Shown: positions 9,360 to 21,300, numbered from the stretch's first letter. The stretch: 64,000 nucleotides of DNA from an uncultured Thermoanaerobaculia bacterium (GCA_964650405.1 CAZYTO010000001.1:4268-68267), one strand, 5' to 3'. Program-made: numbers and translations. Notes: a model not told the origin generated them from the letters alone.

Positions 9360-10639
9360 CGGTCGTCGAAGGACAGGCGGCGCGCTTCGCGCCCGCGGAG
9401 AGCGTTGCCACGCACGTGCGTTGGGTGGTCTGCGCGCTCCTCTTCTTCGCCACGACGATCAACTACATCGACCGCCAGATCCTCGCCCTCATCAAGGAGT
9501 TCATCGATCGCGACCTGGGATGGACGAACGCGCAGTTCGGCCTCGCCAACTCCGCCTTTCAGGGCGCCTATGCCGCCGGCCTGCTGCTGTTCGGCTGGTT
9601 CGTCGATCGCCATGGCCCGAAGCTCGGCCTCGCCGTCTCCATCGTGGCCTGGAGCCTCTCGGCGATGGCGCACTCGTTGTCGGGCTCCATCGGCGGCTTC
9701 TTCACCGCCCGCGTAGCGCTCGGCGCCAGTGAAGGGGGCAACTTCCCCTCGGCCATCAAGGCGGTCGCGCATTGGTTTCCGCAGCGCGAGCGCGCCTTTG
9801 CCACCGCCATCTTCAATTCCGGCGCAAACGTCGGCGCCATCATCGCCCCGGCCACCATCCCCATCATCGCCTACAGCCTCGGCTGGCGCTGGGCGTTCGT
9901 CTTCGCCGGGCTGGCGGGGTTTCTCTGGCTTCCTTTCTGGCTGACGCTCTACCGCTCGCCGCCCAACGACGTGGACGAGCCCAGGGAAACGCAAGGCCGC
10001 CCCATGGGATGGCTTCGCGCACTACGCCATCGCCAGACGTGGTCCTTCGTCGTGGCGAAGTTCATCACCGATCCCGTGTGGTGGTTCTTCCTCATCTGGC
10101 TGCCTGACTACTTCAAGGCACCGCGCGGCCTAAAAATCAAGAAGAGCTGGGTGCACCTCGTCACGATCTACGCCATCGGGAGGTGCTTCAGCATCTTCGG
10201 CGGCTGGGTGACGGGATACCTCACCCGCCGGGGATGGAGCGTGACGCGCGCGCGCAAGACGGGGATGTTTCTCTTCGCCCTGTGCGTCGTGCCCATCATC
10301 GCCGCGACGCGCGTGGGCGACTGGCCCGCCGTATTGCTCATCGGCCTGGCCGCCTCCGCCCATCAGGCCTTCTCGGCCAACCTCTTCACGACCGTCTCCG
10401 ACATGTTCGCCAGGAAAGACGTGGCCACGATCATCGGCCTGGGCGGGATGACCGGCTCGATCGGCGGCATCCTTTTCCCCTGGTTTTCCGGCCGCATTCT
10501 CGATCGCTACCACGCCCTCGGCAACGTCACGGCCGGCTATCAGATCCTGTTCGCCATCTGCGCGTCGGCGTATGTCGTCGCCTTCGCCATCCATCACGTG
10601 CTCGCCCCCAAATTCGAACGAGTTGAGGAGTTGCCATGA
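9356..10639 (+). CDS. exuT: MFS transporter, hexuronate transporter ExuT-like (ACS family)
   Basis: About 12 TM segments. Motifs INYIDRQ and GASEGGNFPSAIKAV are typical of ExuT/ACS-family sugar-acid porters. Putative GTG start at 9356 overlaps the previous stop (GTGA). The stop overlaps the uxaC start (ATGA). Confidence 0.75.
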   Translation: MTVVEGQAARFAPAESVATHVRWVVCALLFFATTINYIDRQILALIKEFIDRDLGWTNAQFGLANSAFQGAYAAGLLLFGWFVDRHGPKLGLAVSIVAWSLSAMAHSLSGSIGGFFTARVALGASEGGNFPSAIKAVAHWFPQRERAFATAIFNSGANVGAIIAPATIPIIAYSLGWRWAFVFAGLAGFLWLPFWLTLYRSPPNDVDEPRETQGRPMGWLRALRHRQTWSFVVAKFITDPVWWFFLIWLPDYFKAPRGLKIKKSWVHLVTIYAIGRCFSIFGGWVTGYLTRRGWSVTRARKTGMFLFALCVVPIIAATRVGDWPAVLLIGLAASAHQAFSANLFTTVSDMFARKDVATIIGLGGMTGSIGGILFPWFSGRILDRYHALGNVTAGYQILFAICASAYVVAFAIHHVLAPKFERVEELP

Positions 10640-12078
10640 AGCCGTTCATTCACGAGGACTTCCTGCTGGAGACCGACGTGGCCCGGGATCTCTACCACCG
10701 CTGTGTGAAGCACCTGCCCATCATCGACTATCACTGTCACCTGCCGGTGGAGCACATCGCGCGCAATCACCAGTTCCGCTCCATCGCCGAGGCCTGGCTG
10801 GAGGGCGATCACTACAAGTGGCGGGCCATGCGCACGAACGGCGTCGACGAACGCTATTGCACGGGCGATGGGTCCGACTGGGAGAAATTCGAGGCCTGGG
10901 CGAATACGGTCCCGGCCACGATGCGCAATCCGCTCTATCACTGGACGCACATCGAGCTGAAGAGCCCCTTCGGCATCACCGACCGCCTCTCCGGCCGCAA
11001 TGCGCGGGCCGTCTTCGACCGCTGCAATGAGCTCCTCCGCCAGCCGGAGTTCTCGACGCAGGGTCTGCTCCGCCAGGCGAACGTTACGTTGGTCGGCACG
11101 ACCGACGATCCGGCGGATTCGCTCGAGTTCCACGAGGCACTGGCCAACGATGACGCCGACTTCCGCGTCGTCCCGACGTGGCGCCCCGACGCCGCGCTGG
11201 CCGTCGACGATCCGCCTTCCTTCAATGCGTGGATTGCACGGCTGGAGGCGGCGGCCGGAATGTCGATCGGCAATTTCGCACAGTTGATGGAAGCGCTCGA
11301 GCGACGGCATGGGGCCTTCCACGAGGCCGGCTGCCGGATGTCGGATCACGGCCTGGAAGAGATCTATGCCGACGAATGGTCGGACGCCGAGGTGGTCTTG
11401 ACGTTCGATCGCGTCCGGACCGGCAAGGTCATCGAGGCGGATGCCGTGCGGCGCTGGAAATCGGCGCTGCTCCATCGCTTCGCGGTCATGGACCACGGCC
11501 GGGGCTGGGTCCAGCAGTTCCACCTCGGCGCGATGCGCAACAACAACGCCCGCAAGCTGCGCGCCATCGGCCGTGACTCCGGCTTCGACTCCATCGGCGA
11601 CTTCGAAATGGGACGCCCGCTGTCGCGCTTCTTCGACCGCCTCGAGCAGGGCGGCCTGGTGGCGAAGACCATCCTCTACAACCTCAATCCCCGCGACAAC
11701 GAGCTGATGGCCACGATGATCGGCAATTTCCAGGACGGCTCCGTGCCGGGCAAGATGCAATACGGCTCGGGATGGTGGTTCCTCGACCAGCTCGACGGCA
11801 TGACTGCGCAGATGACGGCCCTGTCGAACCTGAGCCTCTTCTCGCGCTTCATCGGCATGATCACCGACTCGCGGTGTTTCCTGTCGTACTCGCGGCACGA
11901 CTATTTCCGCCGCCTCGTGTGCAATCTCCTCGGCGAGGACGTTCGGCGCGGCCTTCTCCCCGACGACCGCGAAGCACTGGCCCTCATGGCCCAGGACGTC
12001 TCGTTCTTCAATGCCCGGGACTATCTCGGCCTGGAGCTCGGCCGCTCTGCGCGCGACGTCGTTCGCGCCGCGGCATGA
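10636..12078 (+). CDS. uxaC: Glucuronate isomerase
   Basis: 480 aa with high-confidence family signatures throughout: MKPFIHEDFLLETDVARDLYH...IIDYHCHL...HYKWRAMR...WTHIELK...YNLNPRDNE...GSGWWF. Confidence 0.92.
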   Translation: MKPFIHEDFLLETDVARDLYHRCVKHLPIIDYHCHLPVEHIARNHQFRSIAEAWLEGDHYKWRAMRTNGVDERYCTGDGSDWEKFEAWANTVPATMRNPLYHWTHIELKSPFGITDRLSGRNARAVFDRCNELLRQPEFSTQGLLRQANVTLVGTTDDPADSLEFHEALANDDADFRVVPTWRPDAALAVDDPPSFNAWIARLEAAAGMSIGNFAQLMEALERRHGAFHEAGCRMSDHGLEEIYADEWSDAEVVLTFDRVRTGKVIEADAVRRWKSALLHRFAVMDHGRGWVQQFHLGAMRNNNARKLRAIGRDSGFDSIGDFEMGRPLSRFFDRLEQGGLVAKTILYNLNPRDNELMATMIGNFQDGSVPGKMQYGSGWWFLDQLDGMTAQMTALSNLSLFSRFIGMITDSRCFLSYSRHDYFRRLVCNLLGEDVRRGLLPDDREALALMAQDVSFFNARDYLGLELGRSARDVVRAAA

Positions 12079-12770
12079 GCGGGCTCGAGCTCTTCCGTCT
12101 CGACGGCCGGCGTGCCGTCGTGACCGGCGCCGGGCGCGGCCTCGGCGCCGCGATGGCGGACGCATTGGAGGAGGCCGGCGCGGCGGTCGCTCGCGTGACG
12201 CGCAGGGAAGCGGAGCTCAGCGACCGCAAGTCCGTGACCTCGCTCTTCGACCGCATCGGCGAGGCCGACATCCTCGTCAACAACGCCGGCATCGTCCGCC
12301 GCGCACCGGCCATCGAATACTCGGACGACGATTGGGACGCCGTCATCGAGGTCAACCTTCGATCAGTCTTCGTCCTCTCGCGGGACTTCGCGCGGCGCCT
12401 CGCCGCGCGCAAGAGCGGCGGGCGGATCATCAACATCGCATCCATGCTGTCGTTTCAGGGCGGCATCCGCGTGCCCGCCTATGCGGCCGCGAAGAGCGGC
12501 CTGCTCGGCCTGACGCGCGCGCTGGCCAACGAGCTCGCGCCGCTCGGCATCAACGTCAATGCCATTGCGCCAGGCTACATGGCCACCGACAACACGCAGG
12601 CGCTGCGCGACGATCCGGAACGCAGCCGCCAGATCGTGGAGCGCATTCCCGCCGGGCGGTGGGGCACGCCCGGCGATCTCAAGGGTGCGGTAGTATTTCT
12701 GGCCTCGGCCGCGTCGGCGTACGTGCACGGCACGACGCTCGCCGTCGACGGCGGCTGGCTGTCACGATGA
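12075..12770 (+). CDS. kduD: 2-dehydro-3-deoxy-D-gluconate 5-dehydrogenase-like SDR
   Basis: ATG at 12075 overlaps the uxaC stop (ATGA). SDR motifs [21 protein letters not shown]. The call rests on family resemblance plus its position in the uronate operon. Confidence 0.7.
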   Translation: MSGLELFRLDGRRAVVTGAGRGLGAAMADALEEAGAAVARVTRREAELSDRKSVTSLFDRIGEADILVNNAGIVRRAPAIEYSDDDWDAVIEVNLRSVFVLSRDFARRLAARKSGGRIINIASMLSFQGGIRVPAYAAAKSGLLGLTRALANELAPLGINVNAIAPGYMATDNTQALRDDPERSRQIVERIPAGRWGTPGDLKGAVVFLASAASAYVHGTTLAVDGGWLSR

Positions 12771-12846
12771 CCGCGCCGCCTTCACCCCTCACCGCTGCGA
12801 CGTACGGGCGCGCCTTCGCCGTGATCGGCTCGCCAGCCGGAATGCC

Positions 12847-14055
12847 ATGAAGATCGTCGACGCCAAGGTGATTGTCTGTTCCCCGGGCCGCAATTTCGTG
12901 ACGCTCAAGCTCGTCACCGAAGACGGCATCCACGGCCTCGGCGACGCAACGCTGAACGGGCGCGAGCTGGCCGTTGCTTCGTACCTGAGCGACCACGTCC
13001 TCCCCCTCCTCATCGGCCGCGACGCGCGCAAGATCGAAGACACGTGGCACTATCTCTACAAGGGCGCCTACTGGCGCCGCGGACCGGTGACGATGACGGC
13101 CATAGCCGCCGTCGACTGCGCCTTGTGGGACATCCGCGGCAAGGCCCTGCAGACGCCGCTGTATCAACTGCTCGGCGGCGCGTCGCGCGATGGCGTGCTC
13201 GTCTACGGCCACGCCAACGGCGACACGATCGAAGCCACCGTCGACGCCGTCCGCCACTACCTCGGCCTGGGTTACAAGGCTGTCCGCGCGCAATGCGGCA
13301 TTCCCGGCCTCCCCAATGCCTACGGTGTCGGCCGCGGTGCGATGTTCTATGAGCCGGCGGAGAAGGGGAAACCGCTGGAGACGCGTTGGGACACGGCCGC
13401 ATATCTCGACCTCGTCCCGAAACTGTTCGAGCGCCTGCGCAACGAGGTCGGCGCCGACCCCCTGCTGCTGCACGACGCCCATCACCGCCTCACGCCCATC
13501 GAGGCCGCCCGCCTCGGCAAGAGCCTCGAGCCGTATCACCTCTTCTGGCTCGAGGATCCCACCGAGGCCGAGGCGCAGGAGGCGTTTCGCCTGATCCGCC
13601 GGCACACGACCACGCCGCTCGCCGTCGGCGAAGTCTTCAACACCATCTACGACTGCCATCAGCTCATTCAGGAGCAGTTGATCGACTACATCCGCGCCAC
13701 GGTCGTCCACGCCGGCGGCATCACGCACCTGCGCAAGATCGCCGCGCTGGCGGAGCTCCATCAGGTCCGCACCGGCTCGCACGGCGCGACGGACCTCAGC
13801 CCGGTCTGCATGGCCGCCGCCCTCCACTTCGATCTCAGCGTTCACAACTTCGGCATCCAGGAGTACATGCGCCACACCGCGGAGTGCGATCGCGTGTTTC
13901 CGCACAGCTACACGTTCGAGGGCGGCTTCATGCATCCCGGCGACGCTCCCGGCCTCGGCGTCGACATCGACGAAGCGTTGGCCGCGCAGTATCCGTACGA
14001 GCGCGCCTATCTCCCCGTCAACCGGCGCACCGACGGCACCGTGCACAGTTGGTAG
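12847..14055 (+). CDS. manD: D-mannonate dehydratase, enolase-superfamily type (ManD)
   Basis: 402 aa. [21 protein letters not shown]... is the typical ManD/GalD-subgroup N-terminus, followed by TIM-barrel metal ligands (D...E..D, HGATD). Confidence 0.85.
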   Translation: MKIVDAKVIVCSPGRNFVTLKLVTEDGIHGLGDATLNGRELAVASYLSDHVLPLLIGRDARKIEDTWHYLYKGAYWRRGPVTMTAIAAVDCALWDIRGKALQTPLYQLLGGASRDGVLVYGHANGDTIEATVDAVRHYLGLGYKAVRAQCGIPGLPNAYGVGRGAMFYEPAEKGKPLETRWDTAAYLDLVPKLFERLRNEVGADPLLLHDAHHRLTPIEAARLGKSLEPYHLFWLEDPTEAEAQEAFRLIRRHTTTPLAVGEVFNTIYDCHQLIQEQLIDYIRATVVHAGGITHLRKIAALAELHQVRTGSHGATDLSPVCMAAALHFDLSVHNFGIQEYMRHTAECDRVFPHSYTFEGGFMHPGDAPGLGVDIDEALAAQYPYERAYLPVNRRTDGTVHSW

Positions 14056-14559
14056 CGCGCCGGCAGGCCCCGATGCAGTGAACGGCCCCGCAGGCGAACG
14101 ACATGGCCGAGGCGTCGCGCCGCTCGACCGGTACATCCGCCACACGTGCCGATTCCGTTCTGAACCGCTTCCCCAACGTCGCGGAGGTGTCGGGGAGGTG
14201 AAGTGCTGGTTCTTGCGGCCCCGACGGGAGGGGCGGCATCGCCCTCCTGGCCGCATGGTTTTCATGTGGCTCTACCTCGCCCAACTTCGCGTCGTGCCCT
14301 CCACTAGTCTTAGAGGCACGTGGCGACGTTTCCTGGATGCACCTCCGGAGTGGTTACATTCGACGCGTGGACGCGCTACATATGCCGTCTTGGGTATCCC
14401 GATTCACGCGCCACGTGTGCGGGCTTGATCGTGCGGAGTCCCCTGCTCGGTGCTTGGCCAAGAGAGACGTCGTTGGTGGATGCCGTGGGGTGTGGTACAG
14501 CCAAGTAGGCCTTTGCACCTGCGCGGTCCGCCCGCGGTGAAGCGTGGTGGAAGTGATCG

Positions 14560-15230
14560 GTTCAGTTGGAGTTGAGTCATGATGGCGTGGCGCTGATCAA
14601 AGTCGAACCGACGACCTCCTTGAGGTGCGACTCAGGCGACGGATCGCGTACTGCGCGGCGGGTTGGGCGGCCAAGCACGCGTTGACCCTGGAAGGGAAAG
14701 CTCTGCGTCTTGGTCGCGATCTCCTTACAAGGTCGGCGTTGGGTCTCGAGTCCAAAATAGTGACTCGCGAGTCCGTGATTCGGTGGCGCGAGTCAAAGTT
14801 AGGGACTCAGGGGTCAAACATTGAGACTCATGAGACTCTGGGTGTGGCTATTATGGGCTGATATTTAGACTGTTGAGTCAAATGTCTTGACTCATGGGTC
14901 TGAAATCAGGACTATTGAGTCTCTTATATTGTGTCTTTGACCCAATACATCACCTCGTGAGTCGTTAGTTGAGGCTCACGCGTCTTAATATAAGACTCAG
15001 AAGTCTGAAATAATGGCTATGATGGCCTAAACATCTGACTCGCGAGTCTCTTTGTTGGACTCCACCCCGCGTGCGGGAGACTGCGTTGCCGGATCTGCTC
15101 GGTCGTGAGGCAATGCCGGAGGCCCGCGACCCTGGAAATGAGACTCGAGACCTCCGCCGGCATGCTCGCGAGCTTGCGATCTTCGATGAACAGCCAGATA
15201 TCGAGACTCGCGAGCTCGCGTTCTTGACCG
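14560..15230. repeat. Low-GC, GAGTC/GACTC-dense noncoding island with palindromes (GACTCGCGAGTC twice; TGAGTCA-N8-TGACTCA)
   Basis: About 19 occurrences of GAGTC or its complement in ~650 bp, where chance predicts about 1.3. Local GC is about 40-45% against a ~66% background. There is no credible ORF. The island lies inside a 1.34-kb gap between the 3' ends of the convergent genes manD and alpha-2-macroglobulin. Confidence 0.5.
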
Positions 15231-15395
15231 TGCAGCCGGTGCGCCTGCCTGTGGACCCAGGGAATCGGACTGGCGAGCGACCGGCGGAGCCTGCGGAGTC
15301 GCGCGGGCTGGCTGAAGAGCGAGGAGGCGTCACTCGGGGCCCTGTCCCTGGCGGTCCATCGAGTGCGCCGCCCCGTCTTCAGCAACCGCCTGCTC

Positions 15396-18300
15396 TCACT
15401 TCTTCCCCGTCACCTCGATTCGTACCTCGTCCCCGTTCGCGCGGATCTCGGGGACGTACATTGCCTGCGCCAGCAGGGGCAGGGCGTGGAAGGCGCCGGG
15501 GACTTCGGCGCGCAGGGTGTAGCGGATCTCCCAGATGCCCTGGGGGAGGTGGTCGAGGAACATGGCCACTTTCCGGTCGCGCAGTTCCTGGTAGATCCAG
15601 GCCGTGCGGCCGGTGAGATCGGCGGAGGCATCGCGTTGCGTGACGGTGGGCTGCTCGCCGGGCGGCGTGGGGGAGTCGACGAACTTGCGGGTGACGGTGC
15701 CGCTGCGGAGCTCCCGCGCGTCCAGCGGCTCGCCGCTCTGGAGGGCGATGGCTTCGAGTCCGGCCGGCTTGAGGTCCTCGAAGAGCAGGTAGTCGTAGTC
15801 GTTCTTCGACTCGACGGTGAGGACGACCTCCACGCGGTCTCCGCTCTCGACCGAGCCGCCGTCGGGCAGGGGCACAGTCTCGTACACGATGCCTTTCAGC
15901 AGGGTGGGATGGGGGACGAGCTTGAAGTAGTCGCGGCGCACGTAGATCTCGTTCCCGGCCGCCTTCACCGGTTCTTCGAGTGAGACGAAGCGCGCCTCGG
16001 CCGAGAAGTAGAGGGGCGCATCGCCGTTCCCGCGGGTGCGGCGGATGGTGATCTCGTTGACGCCGTCGTGGGTGAAGGCGGGGTCGATGACGAAGCGGCT
16101 CGGCGCGCCGAGGATGCCGGCGGGAGTGACGGTCTTCGACGCGATGGCATGGCCGTTCACCGAGAGCTCGTAGCCGATGTCGCCCTTCAGCTCGCCGCTG
16201 GTGCGCATGTAGTCGTTGAGGCCGAGGAGGGCGATGGCCGTGTCGCGGGTATTGTTCCACTGCGCGCCGCGGCGGTTCTTCACCAGCCAGTTCATCACCG
16301 GCTCGATGAGGGCATTCTTCGGATCGACCGCCACCAGCGCCTGCAGGGCGAAGGACGTCGTCTCCACGGGACCGTCGTACCAATGCCACCAGAAGCGATC
16401 CTCACCCCAGTGCGCGGTGGCCATCGTCTCGGTAGCCGACGAACCGCCGCGCACAAGCACGGATTGATCGGGAGTGCGGTCGATCTGCACGCCGTCTTCG
16501 AGATTGCGCACGAGCACCTGGGCGCTCGCGGCATCGCCGAGATCATGCGCGGCCAGCGCCAGCAACGCGCGTGAGTAGGCCGTCAGCCGCTCGCGATTCG
16601 CATAGGCGTCGTCGAAGGCCTTCGTCATGGCCTTGCTGTGAGTCATGATTCTGTTTGCGCGGTTCCAGGCGGCCAGCGCATGGAGGATCCATGCCTCGTT
16701 GGCGTGATCTCCATGGATTGCCGGAAGTTGATCGTCGAGATACTTCGCAGCCCTCCCGACGGCCTCGTCCTCCACCGCCAGTCCCCCCTCTTTGGCGACG
16801 GCGAAGCCCCAGACGACATAGCCGGTCATGAAGAGGTCGCTGTTGCCCTCTTTCCACCATCCCCAGCCGCCGTCGCTGTGCTGGAAGTCGTACAGGCGGT
16901 CCATCGACGCGGTGGTGATGGCCTCGAGCTGGTGCAGGTCCTTCTTTCCCTTGGGATGTGTGGCGGCGGCGGAGCCGGACTCGATGCCGCCAAACACCCG
17001 CCCTTCGATGTCCGCAGGATCGAGACCGTTCGTCTTCAACGTGCGCGCCACGATGGCCGCGGGCAGAAAGCGGCTCATCGTCTGTTCCGTGCAGCCGTAC
17101 GGATAGTCGATGAGGTAGGGGAGTGCGTCGAGCATCGTCACGGCCAGGCTGGGGGAGATCTGTACGCTGAGCGTGGTGGCGCGGCGCGCAGAGGGGAGGT
17201 CGAGGCGGACCAGCGCCTCCGTTCCGCGCAACTTGCCGGAGCGGGCCACGAGCTTGTCGATGCCATGCTCGTAGACGGTGAACGACTTCTCCATTGCGTC
17301 GTTGTGCGCCCCGCCGCGGCCGGTGACGCGCAGCATGGCCGGGCCGGCATGTTCGGCCACGACTGCCCAGTCGACGCGCGTCTCGCCGTTGGCCGGAACG
17401 TCGACGGTCGTGGCATCGCCGTTCACGCGGCCGGACAAGGTCAGTCCTTCCACATCGAGGGACGGCCTGACGTGCTGGACGTCGGCGGTGTTGTTGTTGA
17501 GGACGGCCGAGACGACGGTGTGGTCGCCGGTCACGAAGAAGCGCGGCCCTTCCAGCCGGACGAGGAGCGGCAGGTTCGTTCGGGCCGTGGCGGAGGCCAT
17601 GCCGAACTGCGAGCCGGCGGTGACGGCACGCGCGGTCGTGCGCCACGTGGTCAGGGCCTCGGGATAGTCGAAGCTGACGGTGGCCTTGCCGTCAGCACCG
17701 GTGATGACGTCCGGCCTCCAGAACGCCGTGGAGCGGAAGTCGTGACGCACCTGGACCGCAGCCGCGGACTGGATCCCGGTGGGCTCGGTATCCCGTTTCG
17801 TGACCATATTCAGTCGCACAGACATCGACGGCTTTGCGACCGTGATGGCTTCCAGAAGCGGCGCTTCGGTGGTGACGGTGATGGCGTCCGCGACCGGCTT
17901 CGGAGGCGGAGGAGCGGGGAGCGTCTGGACGCCGCCCACTACGCCACCCACGACTCCGCGGCCCCCGAAAGCAAAGCCTGTCTGGTTTGCTCCGTCGACC
18001 TCGTAATAGGGCAGGAGAAGAGACGAGTCTGGTGCGGCAGCGTTCGTCGCGGTCTTCGTGGCCTGCTCATCGACCAGCGCGCCTTTTCCGTCCTCCACCA
18101 ACCGCACGTAGCGTTGCGACAGGACGCTCGACTCGATCCCCAGGCTCTGCGTGCGGAGGTCGTTGTAGAAGAACTGCCGGGGATCGCCGGCGTAGTCCTG
18201 GGCGATGGCGGTCACGGACGCGTCGGATACGGCCACCGCCACCTCTGCCGGCACGGGTTTGCCGGCGGCATCGCGCGTCGTCACGGTGACGGTGCCCTTC

Positions 18301-21300
18301 TGCCGCGGCTCGTAATCCTCGCGGTCCGTGTGCACCTCGACTTTCACGAACTTCTCGACCGGCGGGACGACGATCTCCTTCGTCTCCGTTGCCACCGCGC
18401 GGTCGAACATCGACGAAGCGGTGATGAAGAAATTCGGTATGTGGTGCCGGTCGATGGGCAGTTCGATCATCTTCACGGTCCCGTCGAGGTGAACGACCTG
18501 GGTCTGGTCGATGTCCAGCGTCGTCGTGGTCACCATCACCCACCGCCCGCTGGACGGCGTGGCGATCATCACCGGCATGGTGGCGCCGGCATGGACCGTG
18601 TCCTGATCGATCACGAGATCGAGGCCGGCGGAGTGGTAACCGACTTCATTGGTGGCGTGCTCGGTGACCCACACCGCCGTCTCCGCCGTGACGAGGTCGC
18701 GCGCCCGCAGCGGCCGGTCGCCGTCGCGGTCCTCGCTCGTCCATTTCGCTACGTAGTATCCGGTGCGCGAGGGCGTGAACGTGAACGTGGCGTTGCCCTT
18801 CACGTCCGTGTTCACCTTCGAGGTCGTGACCTCCTCGTCGTGATACGACGCCACTCTCTGCCGCCATCCCGGAGGCGGGAAGGGAGCCGTGGCCGCCCGT
18901 GCCCGCTCCACTTCGCGGACGGTGACGTCGCGGCCGGCAGGATCGGTCCAGATCTCCTCCCAGGTGCGCCGGAAGACTTTCACGGTGCCTGTCGTCGGGA
19001 CGGGCTCGTCGTTCGCGTCGGCGGCGTTGAAGTCGATCGAGACGCGCTCATTCGGCAGGCGCAGGTAGTGCTGGGGGTGACCGTTGACGGCATACCGCTG
19101 CTTCATCACGGCCACGGTTCCGCTGCCCGTCACCTCGCGCCGCGAGGCGTCCGTCACCTTCACGGCGATGATGTACGCCGTGTCGGGACCGTCGCGGTCG
19201 GTGTCGATGTGCACGACAGCCCGGCCGCTCGCATCCGTCTTCAGCGTCTCGTGATGCAATTCCTCCCCGCTGCCGGAATCATCGGAGCTCGACTGGTCGG
19301 GATAGAACCAGCCGTACTCGTGCCACGGATGCCAGTCGCGATGGTACGGGGCCTTCTCTATGTCCACCTCGACGGTGGCATTGGCGACCGGACCGCCGAA
19401 GTAGTAGGACGCCTCCACGCTGGCCTCGATGGTGTCGCCGAGACGGTATCGCTTCTTCTTCCCGTCCTCCTCGGGCGTCGAGACGGTCACCCGAAACTCC
19501 GGCAGCTTGTATTCCTCGATACTGAACAGCAGGGCGGTGCCGATGTCGTTGTCCTTGTCGGAGGGTTGTCTGAGAATGACCGTGTAGCCGCCGAGCGGCA
19601 TTTCCGCGGTGACCGGCAGCTCGGCCCAGAAACTACCGAAGGCATTCAGCTCGGCCACGCCGGACGCGATCTTGTCGTCCCGCGGTCCGCTGATCTCCCA
19701 CTCCACCTTCCGCCCGGCCGGTGTCGTCCAGTCGCCGCCTTTCCGCGTCCGGGCGATGACCTTCCACTGCACCGTCTCGCCCGGCCGGTAGGCGGGGCGG
19801 TCGGTGAATGCGTAGATGCGCCACTCGTCCGGTTCGGCGCTTGAGCCCGCGCTGTAAAGGTAGCTTGCGTGGTAGGCCTGCCTGCTGCCCTTCGAGGCAG
19901 TGATCAACGTCTGGTCGTGAAGGTTGGCGGCCATTCGGATCTCGGCGACGCCGTTCGCGTTCGTCTCCGCGTCACGAACGCTCAGCGCGGGGTCCGTTCC
20001 CCTCCCGTCCAGGACGCGAACGCGCGCGCCGGCCACCGGCTCGCCGCTCATCACGTCCGCCACGAGGATCTGAAGATGGCCCTCGACGGAGTGCGCGAGG
20101 ATGCCGATGTCGCTGACCAGCAGGAGCTGCCTCGATGACTGCTGGCCGTTAGTCGCGGTGACGACGTAGGCGCCCGGCCCGAGCTTCGGCTCGATGCGCA
20201 CCGCCTTGCTGCCGGGGATGTGCTCTCCCTTGTCGCCGGTCTCGAACGTCCAGCGCCGGAGGACCGGCTCCCGTTCCCGTTGCAGGTGATCGATCCAGTG
20301 GTCCAGGTTTCTCCCCGGTCGCACGTCGCGGGTCAGGTCGACGGCGGCCAGGGTCAGCTCGATCGACGTCACGTTTCGCCAGGTCAGGACCACCTGCTGT
20401 TCCGAGGAGGGGAGGAAAGTCGCCCCGGCGTAGACGCCTACCGCGGGGAGGGTGATCTGGTCGATCTGCGACAGCGCCTGTTCACGGAGAGGGGACTCCC
20501 CGGGCTGGTATTCGGCGACGATGCGGCGAAGGAGTTCCAGCGCCTTGAGGTAGTCCTTCCGGAATCCGCTCTCGCCGTTGTCGAGGACGACGACGCTGCC
20601 GGCGTAGGAGAGCTCGCCGGCATAGGCAAAGAGGGCCTGGTCGTAATACGTGCCCTTGCGGCCCTGGCCGATGAGAATGTCGAGGTGTTCCAGGCCCCGC
20701 TCCACGCTTTCCGGCTTCTGCTCCTGGAGGAGCTTCTGGGCCAGTAGGAACCGGGCATGATCGCGGTCATTCGGAGATTCGGCGACGCTGAGAGCTTTGA
20801 CGAGCAGGTCCTTTGGAGCCAAGTTTCGTTGGGAGAGCCGCCAGACGATGTCCAGGTAACGCCGGCGCGCCAGGGGAAGATCGTCGCTTCCCTCCCACCA
20901 GTCCAGCGCAGCGGTCCAGTACTTCGGCACAGCGGTGTAGTCCTGCAGGTAGGGGTGGAACGCGTGCAGGTCGCCGAGCGACTCATTCGCCTCCGCCCAC
21001 ACCCGATCGTGATCGTCTCCGCTCTTGAGGATCAGTTGTTCGAGCGCCGTCTGCGCTCCGCTGCGCGCCGTCGGATCGGAAAGAGGGCTCGCGGCGTCAT
21101 TGCGCCATGCCGTGTCGGCCAGCCGGAATTCGATCCAACGCCGCTCGTCGGGCGCCAGCGACGGCAGCTTCAAGGCCTGCTCGTAGAACCCGTGAGCGCG
21201 GCCGAAAGACTTTTCCGCGTAGCTCTGTTCCGCCTGTTCCTTCAACTGGCCGTAAGAGGAGGGCGCGGACGGGGCGCCACCCGACGCCGGCAGGAACCTG

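Noticed and set aside
10594-12165. 523-aa minus-strand ORF
   Set aside because: Antisense to uxaC, which is unmistakable. Composition-driven artefact.
14590-14640. tmRNA/tRNA-like stretch (GGCGCTGATCAAAGTCGAACCGACG resembles a tmRNA 5' end; TCGAACC is the complement of a T-loop)
   Set aside because: No matching 3' tRNA-like domain with CCA and no tag-peptide reading frame within ~400 nt. A T-arm/acceptor cloverleaf cannot be folded. Probably coincidence.
14560-15230. CRISPR array as an explanation for the GAGTC repeats
   Set aside because: The repeats are 5-12 bp motifs with irregular spacing and mixed orientation, not 25-40-bp direct repeats with unique spacers. No cas genes are nearby.
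15395-15396. pbpC downstream of the alpha-2-macroglobulin gene
   Set aside because: Looked for a transglycosylase/transpeptidase ORF adjacent to the alpha-2-macroglobulin gene, as in E. coli. None is present in the window, which is reported as a finding rather than a feature.
16638-19844. 1,068-aa plus-strand ORF, and several 150-370-aa ORFs over 15.4-21.4 kb
   Set aside because: All lie antisense or out of frame within the alpha-2-macroglobulin gene and are Arg/Gly/Ala-rich junk translations.
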